Positions 26,615-37,038 of a DNA stretch of 64,000 nucleotides are shown piece by piece. Where the stretch lies: NCBI GenBank assembly GCA_047601445.1, contig JASGJH010000001.1, positions 5,120,001 through 5,184,000 of the forward strand. The letters run 5' to 3'. The stretch comes from Myxococcales bacterium (GTDB taxonomy: Bacteria; Myxococcota_A; Polyangia; Polyangiales; DASUME01). A program made the translations under genes and the position numbers. The notes below the pieces were generated by a model. The model had not been told where the DNA came from. It saw only the letters and a program-made list of their open reading frames with translations, and searched no databases. Numbering within the stretch: position 1 is the first letter of the stretch; each line of letters starts with the position of its first letter.

Positions 26615-27001
26615 ATGGTCAAGATCTACGCCCTTAAAGAACGACTCTTCGGCGGTCGCCGCCAGCTCCTGTCCGATGTGGTCCAGGCCGCGCTCACCGA
26701 AGCCGTCGGCCTCCCCGCCGAAAAGCGCGCCCACCGCATCTTCCCCCTCGAGCGCGAAGACCTCTTCATGCCCCCCGATCGGAGCGAGGACTACACGCTA
26801 ATCGAGATCACCATGATCAGCGGGCGCTCCACCGAAGCGAAGAAGAAGCTCGTGCGAGCCATTTTCGAGCGCATGGAGAAAGACGCCGGCGTGCGCCCCA
26901 TGGACGTGGAGATCGTGCTCCTGGAGTCTCCCGCCGAAAACTGGGGATTCCGCGGCCTCCACGGCGACGAAGCGCAGCTCAACTACAAGATCAAGGTGTA
27001 G
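26615..27001 (+). CDS. Tautomerase family protein
   Basis: DRSEDYTLIEITMISGRSTEAKKKLV...DVEIVLLESPAENWGFRG. Confidence 0.85.
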   Translation: MVKIYALKERLFGGRRQLLSDVVQAALTEAVGLPAEKRAHRIFPLEREDLFMPPDRSEDYTLIEITMISGRSTEAKKKLVRAIFERMEKDAGVRPMDVEIVLLESPAENWGFRGLHGDEAQLNYKIKV

Positions 27002-27085
27002 GTCAGCCCCCCACCCACCGGATGGCGACCCCCCAACAGGTCGATGCGCGCCGCAGGGCCCCGCTGCTAGGATGCGCGAGACCCA

Positions 27086-28633
27086 ATGTCCTACGGTCTA
27101 CCAGCGCCAGGCGACGTAATTGCGGGCAAGTACACCGTCGAGCGCCAGCTCGGACAGGGCGGCATGGGGGCCGTGTTCGCGGTCACCCACTCCATCACGA
27201 GCAAGCGCCTCGCCCTCAAGTGTTTGCTCCCGGAGCACGCCACCAACGCCGACATCGTGGAGCGCTTTCTGCGCGAGGCGCAGGCCGCCGGACGCATCCA
27301 GCATCGTCATGTGGTCGACGTGTTCGACGTGGGCCGCGAGGGAGGCTTGCTCTACATCGTGATGGAGTTCCTCGAGGGCAAGGCGCTCTCGGACCTGCTG
27401 CACGACACCAGCCTCACGCTCAAGGACGCGCTCACCATCATCGTGCGCGCCATGGAGGGCGTCGCCGCAGCTCACGCCCAGGGCATCATCCACCGCGATC
27501 TCAAGCCCGATAACATCTTCGTGTGCGTGGGCCCCTCGGGACAGCTCGACGACCCACGCGTACTCGACTTCGGCATCTCCAAGCTCGACAACAAGGTCAA
27601 CGGCAACCTGACCAAGACGGGCGCCACCATGGGCACGCCCTACTACATGTCGCTCGAGCAGATGAGCGGAGCGCGCGACCTCGACGCCCGCGTCGACGTG
27701 TACGCCATGGGCGTGATCCTCTACGAAGCCATCTCGGGCGAGCCGCCCCACGTGGCCGAGAGCTTGAGCGCGCTGGCCATTCGCGTGCTCACCACGGAGC
27801 CGGTGCACCTGGGCAAACTGCGCCCCGATCTGCCCGCTGGCCTGGCAGACGTGGTGATGAAGGCCATCGCCAAAGAACGCGACAAGCGCTACCCGGACCT
27901 GCGCTCGCTGATCGACGCGGTGATGCCGTTCGTCGCCCAGGGGGCGAGCAGCCGCACGATCACGGGCAGCGGCTCGCAACCGCTGCGCACTCCACGCACG
28001 AACAACATCGCCTCCGACCTCACGGTCCCGCAGACCGCTACGCCGGCCGCGCTTTCGGCAGCACCTGCGGCGCCTGTCGCGGAGAAGCCCGCCCAAGAGG
28101 AGTGGGTCGGCAGTCGCTCGAGTGCTGGCACTGCGCCCGAACCGCTGCGCACGAGCCCGCCAAAGTCCCCGCTGATGCTCGGCGCGGCCGTGGGTGCGCT
28201 GGTGCTGGCCCTCGGTGCGGCCGGGGTCTGGTTGAGTCGTCGCGACAAGCCCGTGGCCGAAGTTCCGCAACCGCCCAAGGTCACAGAACCTGCTGCGTTG
28301 GCGCCTCCCGCAAGCCCCCTCCCAAGCACCATCGAGCGCCCTGCGGCGCAGCCGCCTCAACAGCAGGCCACTCAACTCACGCCCGAGCCAACCCCTGCGG
28401 CTCCCCAGGACAACACGGCCCCGGCCGATGAACCCACGGGCAAGCCCGGGCGCAAGCATCGCGACAAATCCGACAAGCACGGTCAGGCCCCCCAGGCCGG
28501 CGCCACCGCTCCGTCACAGTCCGCGCCCGCCGTGGCGACTCCTGTAGCGCCCACGCCTACGCCGACTCCTGCGAAGGAGAAGACCGGCGTCGTTAAAGGA
28601 CGCGCTGGCGAGATCGCTCCCGACGACTTCTAG
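27086..28633 (+). CDS. Membrane-anchored Ser/Thr protein kinase (Hanks type)
   Basis: GQGGMG, ALK, HRDLKPDN, DFG, GTPYYMSLE, DVYAMG; one TM then a Pro/Ala-rich tail. Confidence 0.96.
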   Translation: MSYGLPAPGDVIAGKYTVERQLGQGGMGAVFAVTHSITSKRLALKCLLPEHATNADIVERFLREAQAAGRIQHRHVVDVFDVGREGGLLYIVMEFLEGKALSDLLHDTSLTLKDALTIIVRAMEGVAAAHAQGIIHRDLKPDNIFVCVGPSGQLDDPRVLDFGISKLDNKVNGNLTKTGATMGTPYYMSLEQMSGARDLDARVDVYAMGVILYEAISGEPPHVAESLSALAIRVLTTEPVHLGKLRPDLPAGLADVVMKAIAKERDKRYPDLRSLIDAVMPFVAQGASSRTITGSGSQPLRTPRTNNIASDLTVPQTATPAALSAAPAAPVAEKPAQEEWVGSRSSAGTAPEPLRTSPPKSPLMLGAAVGALVLALGAAGVWLSRRDKPVAEVPQPPKVTEPAALAPPASPLPSTIERPAAQPPQQQATQLTPEPTPAAPQDNTAPADEPTGKPGRKHRDKSDKHGQAPQAGATAPSQSAPAVATPVAPTPTPTPAKEKTGVVKGRAGEIAPDDF

Positions 28634-28884
28634 ATTTCATCAGAAGTCCCCGCCGGCAGTCACGTGTGTAGGCGCCTCTGCGCTGAACGCTCCTGTTGCT
28701 GAGTCAGGGGCCTTCGGGGAAAGATACAGCTCTACTTGGGGTGATGGCCCGGGGGGACCGGCACCCTGGGCGGCGTATGGTGTTCTCGCGCGGCTGGATG
28801 CACTGAGTTCGATCCTCGCGCGTCACGTCACGCGCACTGACGTCCGGCTCGCGCGCACCTAGCGCGCCTTGGGGTTTCTTCATT

Positions 28885-30954
28885 TTGGGGGCAGCGATGG
28901 CGAGAAGAGATGAGTACAAGCGCACACACGGCGCAGCACTGCAGGCCTTTCTGATCGCCGGCGCGCTGTTGGGCGTGGGTTGCGGCGACGACGACGACAA
29001 GCCCGATGATGGAAAGACCCAGGAAGACGGCGGCGACGGCCACAGCGATAGCGGCATGAGCGGCGACGGCGACATGATGATGCACGGCGACGGCGACATG
29101 ACCGCCGGCGACGGCGATTCGGGCCAGGGCGATGGGGACGGGGGCGTGGTGACGGGCTGTGCTTCGGGCACCGTCACGTGCGAGGGTGCGACGCCGGTCT
29201 GTGCGGACAACACCTGCGTGGCGTGCAGCGCGGACAATGCAGGTGCATGCGGCGCGGATCAGGTTTGCGACAGCACCTCTCATACGTGCATGGAGTGCAC
29301 TGCGAGCGACAGCTCCAAGTGCGGCGCCAGCGAAGTCTGCGACACCACCAGCCACACGTGCGTCGAGCGCTACGGGCAGTTCCAGCTCGATTGCGGCAAC
29401 CTCCCGGCCAAGACTGAGACCGGCTGCCAGGGCGGCCCGCGCGAAGTCATCTTGGCGACCCATGAGAGCGGCCGCATCGCGATGCTCGACCCAACCGACG
29501 GTCATTTCCTTGGCTGGTTCAAGAAGACCCCCGTCACCGAAGATACCCCCGAGAGCTTCCTGGCGACCCAGGGCCCCGATCAGTGCATCTGGACGGCCTT
29601 CGAACCCTGGGGCGGGGATAACGCCATCGATCGCCTCGATACTGACAGCACCTTTATCGACCATCATATCAATGGGTCCTCGAAGCTAGACGATGACCAC
29701 AACGCGATGGTGGTAGACGCTCACTCCATCGCCTTCACGCACGACACGGTCTACGTGGCCTCCACGTCGGGCAACCCGAATCCGCGCATCACGCGCTGGA
29801 CGCTGGACGGCACGTACATCGACACCGTGCTCGACGACGGCAGAGAGGCCGAGTTCCTGCTCGTCACCAACGACGGCTCCCTGATCATCTCCGAATACTG
29901 GAGCGATCAAGTTCAGCTGATCCCGCCCGGAAGCGGAACGAAGCAGGTGATCTACGACGACGTCTACGCCAAGCAGCTCGCGTTCGCGGGCAACGGCAAG
30001 ATCCTCGTCACCGATGGCTCCTCGGGCGAGAAGCAGGCCTTGGTGGACATCGCCAGCGGCCAAGTTACGAAAGCCTTGCCGTATCTCACCCCCGCGCAAG
30101 AGGCCGAGTCCGGCTTGAGCGCATCGAGCTCCTCGATCAAGGGCCTCTATCCGCTCAAGAACGGCCTCTGGTTGGCGAGCTCCTCGGGCCTCGACGGCAT
30201 CGTGACCATCGATCCCCTTTCGACTCCCGTCGACGGTCTCGTGGGCCTTCACAAGATTCCGTACGATCCCGCCATTGCCTCGTTCCAGGACTTCAACTAC
30301 TTCGGGCGGGCGTGCCTCTCGAACGAGTTCGTGGATAGCCGCAACCCGGCCAACGATCCCGGCGTCCCCGAAAACCAGTGCGGAGCGCCCGCGGGCGACG
30401 TGCTGTTCGCCGCGGACTTCGATGACAACAGCTACCCGGCAAACACCTTCGATGGTTTCACGCAGGACGCGAACAGTGACAAGCAGACCCTGACCATCGA
30501 GACCAACATCAAGGGCGCCAACGAGAGCAAGGGCAGCCTCAAGGTCTCGGGAAGCTCGAATCCGGACGACCCTGACGTCGACGTCATGGGAGGCGCGAGG
30601 ATTGCGCTGAACAACCTCAAGCCGACCTACATCGAGTACAGCGTGCGGGTGCCCGACAACGCGGTCTCCGCAGGTGAATTCGCACTGAACCGCGGCTACA
30701 TCAACGAATTCTGGGTCTACCACGGATACTTGGCGGACTATCAGACCAACGCAAGGCCAGATCTGACGGCGGGCTGGAACCTCGTTCAGCTGCGCGACAT
30801 CAACTGGACCAACTTCACCTATGACCTCTACCTGAACTGCAAACGCGTGGTGAACGACGCGGCGTTCTACCAGAACGATCCGAACGTGCAGGAACTCCAC
30901 CTGTTCAATCCCGACGACACCGACGCGTGGTTCGACAACATCGTCTTCAAGTAG
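28885..30954 (+). CDS. Large lipoprotein with GDGD linker, Cys-rich repeats and probable beta-propeller plus beta-sandwich domains
   Basis: Lipobox GVGC; GDGD repeats; two CxxxxxxxCGxxxVCDxTSHTC repeats; C-terminal WFDNIVFK. Confidence 0.7.
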   Translation: MGAAMARRDEYKRTHGAALQAFLIAGALLGVGCGDDDDKPDDGKTQEDGGDGHSDSGMSGDGDMMMHGDGDMTAGDGDSGQGDGDGGVVTGCASGTVTCEGATPVCADNTCVACSADNAGACGADQVCDSTSHTCMECTASDSSKCGASEVCDTTSHTCVERYGQFQLDCGNLPAKTETGCQGGPREVILATHESGRIAMLDPTDGHFLGWFKKTPVTEDTPESFLATQGPDQCIWTAFEPWGGDNAIDRLDTDSTFIDHHINGSSKLDDDHNAMVVDAHSIAFTHDTVYVASTSGNPNPRITRWTLDGTYIDTVLDDGREAEFLLVTNDGSLIISEYWSDQVQLIPPGSGTKQVIYDDVYAKQLAFAGNGKILVTDGSSGEKQALVDIASGQVTKALPYLTPAQEAESGLSASSSSIKGLYPLKNGLWLASSSGLDGIVTIDPLSTPVDGLVGLHKIPYDPAIASFQDFNYFGRACLSNEFVDSRNPANDPGVPENQCGAPAGDVLFAADFDDNSYPANTFDGFTQDANSDKQTLTIETNIKGANESKGSLKVSGSSNPDDPDVDVMGGARIALNNLKPTYIEYSVRVPDNAVSAGEFALNRGYINEFWVYHGYLADYQTNARPDLTAGWNLVQLRDINWTNFTYDLYLNCKRVVNDAAFYQNDPNVQELHLFNPDDTDAWFDNIVFK
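29029..29145 (+). repeat. GGCGAC-based (Gly-Asp) coding repeats
   Basis: Multiple GGCGACGGCGAC units encoding GDGD. Confidence 0.7.
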
Positions 30955-31000
30955 AACACTGCGCGCGTTCCGTGTGATCCGAGGGGGAGCTGCTAGAATC

Positions 31001-31924
31001 ATGAAGCCTAGTTTGGTGTTGGTTTGTGGAGCCTTGCTGTGCTCCCTGGCAGCAACCCCGAGAGCGTCGGCCCAGGCCGCCCCCGAGGCGGCCGGCGTTG
31101 AAGAGACCCCCGAGTACAAGCAGGCCGTCGCTCAAGCACTCGAGGAATACGGGCTCAAGCACTACGAGGAGTCTCGCACCCTCTTCGAGCGAGCCCACTC
31201 CATCGATCCCAACGCGCGCACTTTGCGCGGACTGGGCATGGTGGAGTTCGAGCTGCGTCACTATGTGGCCGCCGAGGGCTATCTCGAGGCCTCTCTGATG
31301 AGCACCAAGAAGGCGCTCACCGAGGAGCAGCGCGTGGCCGTTAACGAGCTGCTCGGGCGCACCAAGCAGTTCATCGCCAAGTACGAGCTGGCGGTGGAGC
31401 CGGTGGCGCCCGCGGGCATGCGGGTGGAGCTCGATGGCAAACCGGTGCAGTGGGACAGCCCGGAGGGATTGTCCGTGGAGGCGGGCGAACACACGTTGCG
31501 CGTGTCGGCCCCCAACTCGGAAACGCGCGAAGTGCACCTCGACGTGAAGGGCGGCGAACAGCAAACCCTGCGCATCGAGCTGGCGTTCAAGGGCCCAGAA
31601 GGTCCTGCGCAACCTGTCGCTCCCGAGCGTCCCTATCGAAAGCTCGGCATCGGGCTCACCTCCGCGGGTGCAGCGGTAGGCGTGGTGGGTGGCATCTTGG
31701 GTGGTATGGCGCTGGCCAAGGCAGGCGACGCGGAGTTCCGCAAGGATCATGACGCCGACACCGCGCAGACTTTGGCGTTGGTCTCAGACGTGGCCATCGG
31801 CGTGGGCGTGGCCACCGCGGTGGCGGGCATCGTGCTCTTGGTGTGGAAGGTGAAGCCCAAGGAGCGACCGGCGGGAACGGCGCGGCTCGAGACTGCCTGG
31901 CCCAACGTGAAGGTGAGCTTCTGA
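31001..31924 (+). CDS. TPR + PEGA-like domain membrane protein
   Basis: Signal peptide, TPR (YEESRTLFERAHSIDPNARTLRGLGMVEFELRHY), PEGA-like VELDG...GEHTLRVSAP, two C-terminal hydrophobic helices. Confidence 0.8.
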   Translation: MKPSLVLVCGALLCSLAATPRASAQAAPEAAGVEETPEYKQAVAQALEEYGLKHYEESRTLFERAHSIDPNARTLRGLGMVEFELRHYVAAEGYLEASLMSTKKALTEEQRVAVNELLGRTKQFIAKYELAVEPVAPAGMRVELDGKPVQWDSPEGLSVEAGEHTLRVSAPNSETREVHLDVKGGEQQTLRIELAFKGPEGPAQPVAPERPYRKLGIGLTSAGAAVGVVGGILGGMALAKAGDAEFRKDHDADTAQTLALVSDVAIGVGVATAVAGIVLLVWKVKPKERPAGTARLETAWPNVKVSF

Positions 31925-32967
31925 TGCGTGCGCAAGACTGGACCCTCTCGCTGGTCGTGCTGGCTGCCGGCTGCAGCGTGATCGTCGACAACAAGCTCGA
32001 GGGCAAGCCGCTCAGCGCGACCGACGTGGGCGATGGCGATGGCGACGGCGACGTCGGTGACGGCGATGTCGGTGACGGCGACGCAGGCCACAACGGCTCC
32101 GACGCAGCGACTGGCGACGGCGACATGATGGCGGGCGACGGTGGCCACGTGCATGACGGCGGTCCGCCGGGCTCCACGCGTGCTGATGTGCAGGTCTGCC
32201 TAGGTGCAACCCATGGCTGTCGCCTTTTCCCGGACGACGAGCTGGCGTGCTGGGGTAACAACGACGAGTTCCAAACTTCCCTCAGCGGTCCCGGCTTCAA
32301 ACAGGTCGCGTGCGGCGACTACCACACGTGCGCGCTGAGCAACGACGGCAAGATCAGCTGTGCTGGTCGCAACCAAGACGGTCAGCGCACGGCTCCTAGC
32401 GGCATGTTCTTGGCGGTGGCAGCTGGGGACGCGCACTCCTGCGCGCTCAAGCCCGACCACACTGCCCAGTGCTGGGGCAAGAACTCTGACGGTCAGGCTT
32501 CGGCACCAGCAGGCGTCGCGTTCACCACCCTCGCGGCCGGCGGCGGCTTCTCGTGCGGTATCCGCATGAGTGACTCCAAGATTCAGTGCTGGGGCTCGAG
32601 TGCTTCCAATCGCTTGAAGGCCCCCACGGACGTCACCTTCAAGGCCCTCGACTTGGGCCCCGACTACGGCTGCGGCATCGCCGGCGACAACAGCGTGCGC
32701 TGCTGGGGCAGTGTCTCGTACGCGGCGCCGGACGTGCAGGGCGCAATCGCCATCGCGGCGGGCTCCTACGCCTGCGCGGTGCTGGACACCAAGGGCGCCA
32801 CCTGCTGGTCCCCGCAGCCGGCGGTGGTCCTCACCAACATGTACTTGAACGTCGCGGCGGGTCCGAACGGCTTCTTGCTCACGCCTGTCACGGGCGAGCC
32901 AGAGTTCCACCCCATGGAGGAGCCGGCGTACGGCGTCCCGCCGATTCCGTTCTACGAAGGGCTCTGA
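31924..32967 (+). CDS. RCC1-repeat lipoprotein with GDGD linker
   Basis: Lipobox AAGC; repeats such as VACGDYHTCAL...CAG.N..GQ and VAAGDAHSCAL...CWGKNSDGQ. Confidence 0.85.
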   Translation: MRAQDWTLSLVVLAAGCSVIVDNKLEGKPLSATDVGDGDGDGDVGDGDVGDGDAGHNGSDAATGDGDMMAGDGGHVHDGGPPGSTRADVQVCLGATHGCRLFPDDELACWGNNDEFQTSLSGPGFKQVACGDYHTCALSNDGKISCAGRNQDGQRTAPSGMFLAVAAGDAHSCALKPDHTAQCWGKNSDGQASAPAGVAFTTLAAGGGFSCGIRMSDSKIQCWGSSASNRLKAPTDVTFKALDLGPDYGCGIAGDNSVRCWGSVSYAAPDVQGAIAIAAGSYACAVLDTKGATCWSPQPAVVLTNMYLNVAAGPNGFLLTPVTGEPEFHPMEEPAYGVPPIPFYEGL

Positions 32968-33056
32968 AGGCTGGGGCTGGGTGCGGGTCGGGATCGTACG
33001 CGGGGACGAGGACGCGCACGGGCACGTTTAGATCGACGAAGACCGGGCCCGTTTGG

Positions 33057-34202
33057 TCACAGGAAAATCCCGATATCCAAGAACACACCCGCCACGAAGT
33101 ACAGGTTGCGGTCCGAGCTGCAGGACTGAGGGTCGGGGCAACCATTGGGATTGATGGGGTGCTGGTAGCCGGCGACCGGCACCGAGAGTCCGACGCGACC
33201 GCCCACGCCGATCGACAGCCGTGAGAAGCCCCAGCGGTAACCGACGTCGAACTGCGGGATCAACGCATGCGTGCCGTAGGTGGCTCTATCGACGGCACCG
33301 TCACGCGTCTTCACGAACACGTACTCGAGGGCTGGGCCGCCGAACAGGCCGCGCAGGTTGCCCTTGCCCGCCGAGAAGATGTGCATGCCGGCCGCGGCGC
33401 CGATGCCCCACTGGAAATCATCCTGGTTGCGGTCGAGCAAGTAGTAACTGAGCAAGCCCGTGTTGAGCGGGCGCAGGCGCAGGTAACCGGACAACTTCTT
33501 GCCGACTTCGATGGTGGGCGTGATGCCGAACTGGAAGCCACCGAGCACGTCCACGCTGAGATTGGCGATGGAGTCCTTGAACTTGTCGGGCTTCTTCTTT
33601 TTCCCCTCGGACTCTTCCACCGGACGCAGCACGCACTCGCCTTGGTCGGTGCAGATCTCACCGTCGAAGCACACCGGGTTGCACTTGGAGACGCACTGGC
33701 CACGGATGCACGTGAAGCCCGAGCGACAATCCGGGTAGCACTGGTTCGGATCTTCCTCGGTCCAGGCAGATGCGCGCGTGGTGCTCTGAGGAGGCTTCTG
33801 GGTTTGCACGCAGACGCCACCCTCGGAGCAGATGGTGCCATCGGGGCAACCGCGATCACAGGTGGGGAGGCACTCGCTGCGCACGCAGGCATAGCCGCGG
33901 CGGCACTCGGGCTCGCACACGTCGCTGGCGGGCGCGGGCGCTGGAGCGGGTCGCGACTGCTTCGGTTGGGCGCGCGGACGTGATTGCGCAGGCTGGCTGT
34001 CGCCGCTGTTGTCCCAATCGTCGTTGTCTTGAGCGATCGTCGAATCCGTAAGGCAGACCGAGAGCGCAAGCAGCGCCCAGATGTCGAAGCGCGCCCTCGG
34101 GCGACGCGAGCTCCGAAAATCGATGCCAACGGAGGAACTTCGAACCTCCGTTCGTCTCCTGATTCGCGACACTCGAAGCCTCCTTCTAACGTGCTGGGCC
34201 AT
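33057..34202 (-). CDS. Cys-rich repeat protein with C-terminal outer-membrane beta-barrel-like domain
   Basis: Two C.P.CR.G..C....C...C...C..G.IC...G.C blocks; VGYRWGF and FLDIGIFL terminal strand; start uncertain. Confidence 0.65.
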   Translation of the reverse strand: MAQHVRRRLRVSRIRRRTEVRSSSVGIDFRSSRRPRARFDIWALLALSVCLTDSTIAQDNDDWDNSGDSQPAQSRPRAQPKQSRPAPAPAPASDVCEPECRRGYACVRSECLPTCDRGCPDGTICSEGGVCVQTQKPPQSTTRASAWTEEDPNQCYPDCRSGFTCIRGQCVSKCNPVCFDGEICTDQGECVLRPVEESEGKKKKPDKFKDSIANLSVDVLGGFQFGITPTIEVGKKLSGYLRLRPLNTGLLSYYLLDRNQDDFQWGIGAAAGMHIFSAGKGNLRGLFGGPALEYVFVKTRDGAVDRATYGTHALIPQFDVGYRWGFSRLSIGVGGRVGLSVPVAGYQHPINPNGCPDPQSCSSDRNLYFVAGVFLDIGIFL

Positions 34203-34273
34203 AGGACGCGCACTGCGCGTGGTCAACGGAGCTGTACCCCGAACACGGGATAGACGACTTGTGATAAGGCAGG

Positions 34274-35597
34274 GTGAACTTTGTGAGATCCATCGTTGCG
34301 AAGGTGCTCCTTTCGCTCTGCCTGCCCTTGCTCGCAGTGCTCGCCCTCTGGATCTGGATCCAGATCAGCGACCGTCCGCTCGCGGGCCTGCACGTGGCGG
34401 GTGAACCCGTGGGCGGTAGCCGTGAAGAGATACTCCAAGCGCTGGAGGCGCGGGCCTTCACTTGGGGTGAAGCCAGAGATCGCCGTGACCATCGAGGGTG
34501 TACAAGGGGTCAGGCGTGTTCGTCGTTCGGACCTGGGAGCAAGCTTGCTTCCGAGCGCTGTGGAGCCGGCCCTCATGAAGGCTGGCCGCTCGGGCAACCC
34601 GCTGCTGGATTTGGCGTCGTGGTATGCGGCACGCACGGGCTCCCTCGACGTGCGCTGGCTGCCCCACCTGGAGAACGCGAAGCTCTCTGCCTTCGTGGAC
34701 ACCGCCCAGACCTATGCCGAAGTTCACCCCATCGCAGGTATCACCGACGGAGCAGGCTTCAGTCTGCCCGGCCGCGATGGGCAGGCGCTCGACCATGGCT
34801 CGTCGATGCTGCTCTTGAGCCGCGCGCTGCACATGGGTACCACCAGCGTAAAACTGCCGGTGAAACGCATCCCGGCACCGGCCCCCATCAAGATGGCTTC
34901 ACCGGATGGAGCGTTGTTTGCGGGCACGGAAGAGGAGACCTCTCAGCCGCCCCCGCCTCCCCCTCCGACACGTCCGCAGTCCAACGATCACTGCTACTCC
35001 GATCCGCCGCAGCGTCCGTTTTGCGATGGTCCCCGCAACGTGCCCGAACCGTATGGAGCCGCCCTCGACCTCGCGCGCAGCCTGAGCCTCGGCGAGCTAG
35101 GCACGGTAAGCGAACTCACCCGCCGCGGTCCCAAGGCCGAGTGGACCCGCGCCGCGGGACACGACGATGGGAGCCTCTTCGATTTTCCGGTCCAGGCCGG
35201 CAAGGTGGGCCGAGGCTACGGCTACGTGCGCAAGGGCGACCTCCGCGATCGCATTCACCCAGGCATCGACATCGTGGCTCCGGCAGGAACCCCCATCGTG
35301 GCCGCTTCGCCCGCCATCGTGGCCTACAGCGACAACCACGTGCGCGGCTACGGAAACCTGCTGCTCCTGGTGCATCCCGACGGCACGTACACGCTCTATG
35401 CACACTGTCAGCGCATCCTGGTGTTTGCAGGGCAGCGCGTGGAGCGCGGTCAACAGGTGGCCGAGGTGGGCATGACGGGCTTGGCCATGGGCCCGCACTT
35501 GCACTTCGAGTACCATGACGCGAGCGGCAGCGCGGCCGATCCCATGCCGCACCTCCTTCCTGTGGCAGGGCAACGCGTGGCCCGTGTCACTCACTGA
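34274..35597 (+). CDS. M23-family metallopeptidase with N-terminal membrane anchor (apparent +1 frameshift at ~34475)
   Basis: HPGID, GYGN, TLYAH, GPHLHFE; N-terminal TM in the 34274 frame joins EIAVTIEG on removing one A. Confidence 0.85.
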
Positions 35598-35647
35598 GTC
35601 GCGCTCGCGTCGAGGCGCAGGCCCCGAGCAACCAAGAAAGGTCTGAT

Positions 35648-37003
35648 GTGCTTCGCGGTATCCCGCGCCCCGTAATTTTCGCCGTGGTGCTGCTCGCCCT
35701 GCCGGTGCTGTCGCTGTGGGCGTGGCCATGGTTCGGGCTCGGCATGCTGCCTGGCATTCGCGTCGGCGAGTTCGAGCTGCCGGCGAGCGGCTCGGTGGAC
35801 AACTTCTTGAGCGAGAAGGCGCGGCTATGGGCCGAAGAGAGCCTCACGGTGGAGGCTGGCTACCACGTCTGGCATCCCACACGGGCGGAGCTCGGGGCGA
35901 GCCTCTCGGTGGAAGATGCGCAGGAGGCCATCGCGCGCGTGGGCCGCTCACCGAGCCCCTTCGTGGCGGTATTCGCCTGGATTCAGGGCGCTTTCGGGGC
36001 CGGTCACCGGGTGCGCTGGCGGGCGCGCGTCACGCAGGAGAGCGCCGTTCAGGAGTTCGTGCAGCGCGTGGTCGATGAAGTCGATCGCCTGCCCATCCCC
36101 GGCAGCTTCGATCCCGACGGCAAGCCCATCGACGGCCTGCCCGGCGAAGCGGTGGATCCTCAAGAAGTCGAACGCGCCCTCCGCGCGGCCTTGGCGCGCA
36201 ACGCGACCAAGCTCCACGTCGCCACCATCGTCACGCCCGCGCCGCACTCGCGCCGCCGCTTCAGCAACCCCGTGTCTGACGCCAGCGTGTTGATGGTGCG
36301 CCAAGAGACCAACTACCGGCCAGGCCAGGGACGCGCCACCAACATCGAGCTGGCCGCCAAGAAGATCGACGGCACGCTGGTGATGCCCGGAGCAGTGCTC
36401 TCGTTCAATCAGGTGGTGGGCAAGCGCGACGCGGCACGGGGGTTCGCACCCGCGCTCGAGCTGATGAACGGCGAGGTCGTGGAAGGCGTCGGCGGCGGTG
36501 TATGTCAGGTCGCCGGCACACTGCATGCCGCGGCGTTCTTTGCGGGTCTCATCGTGGAGGAGTACCGCCCGCACTCGCGACTCAACCAGTTCGCCTACCT
36601 GCGTCCGGGCCTCGACACCATGGTGGCCTGGCCGGACCACGCGACCGACCTCTCGGAGACGAAGGACATGCGCGTGCGGAACCCCTACCCTTTCCCCATC
36701 GTGGTGCGCGCGAGCACGGAGCGAATCGGCCCGGGGCAAGGGGTGCTGCGGGTGGATCTCTACGGCGCGGCCAAGCCTTTCCGGGTGGACTTCTCGTTCC
36801 AGGAGCTCGAGCGTGTACCCGCGAGCGAGATCCGGCGTCCCGATCCCACGGTGGCGCGGGGCGAGGAACGCGTACAGCAGCAGCCATTGGACGGCATCGT
36901 GATCTTGCGCAGTCGCACCATCTTCATGCCCACGGGAAGAGTGGAAGAAGAGACGAAGGTGGCGTACCCGCCGACGCCGAAGATTGTGTTGGTGGGAGCA
37001 TAG
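35648..37003 (+). CDS. VanW family protein
   Basis: RATNIELAAKKIDG...SFNQVVG...GVGGGVCQVAGTL...RPHS; N-terminal TM. Confidence 0.9.
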   Translation: MLRGIPRPVIFAVVLLALPVLSLWAWPWFGLGMLPGIRVGEFELPASGSVDNFLSEKARLWAEESLTVEAGYHVWHPTRAELGASLSVEDAQEAIARVGRSPSPFVAVFAWIQGAFGAGHRVRWRARVTQESAVQEFVQRVVDEVDRLPIPGSFDPDGKPIDGLPGEAVDPQEVERALRAALARNATKLHVATIVTPAPHSRRRFSNPVSDASVLMVRQETNYRPGQGRATNIELAAKKIDGTLVMPGAVLSFNQVVGKRDAARGFAPALELMNGEVVEGVGGGVCQVAGTLHAAAFFAGLIVEEYRPHSRLNQFAYLRPGLDTMVAWPDHATDLSETKDMRVRNPYPFPIVVRASTERIGPGQGVLRVDLYGAAKPFRVDFSFQELERVPASEIRRPDPTVARGEERVQQQPLDGIVILRSRTIFMPTGRVEEETKVAYPPTPKIVLVGA

Positions 37004-37038
37004 AAAGGCGTGCGGCGGGAAACTAACCGCAAGCCTCC

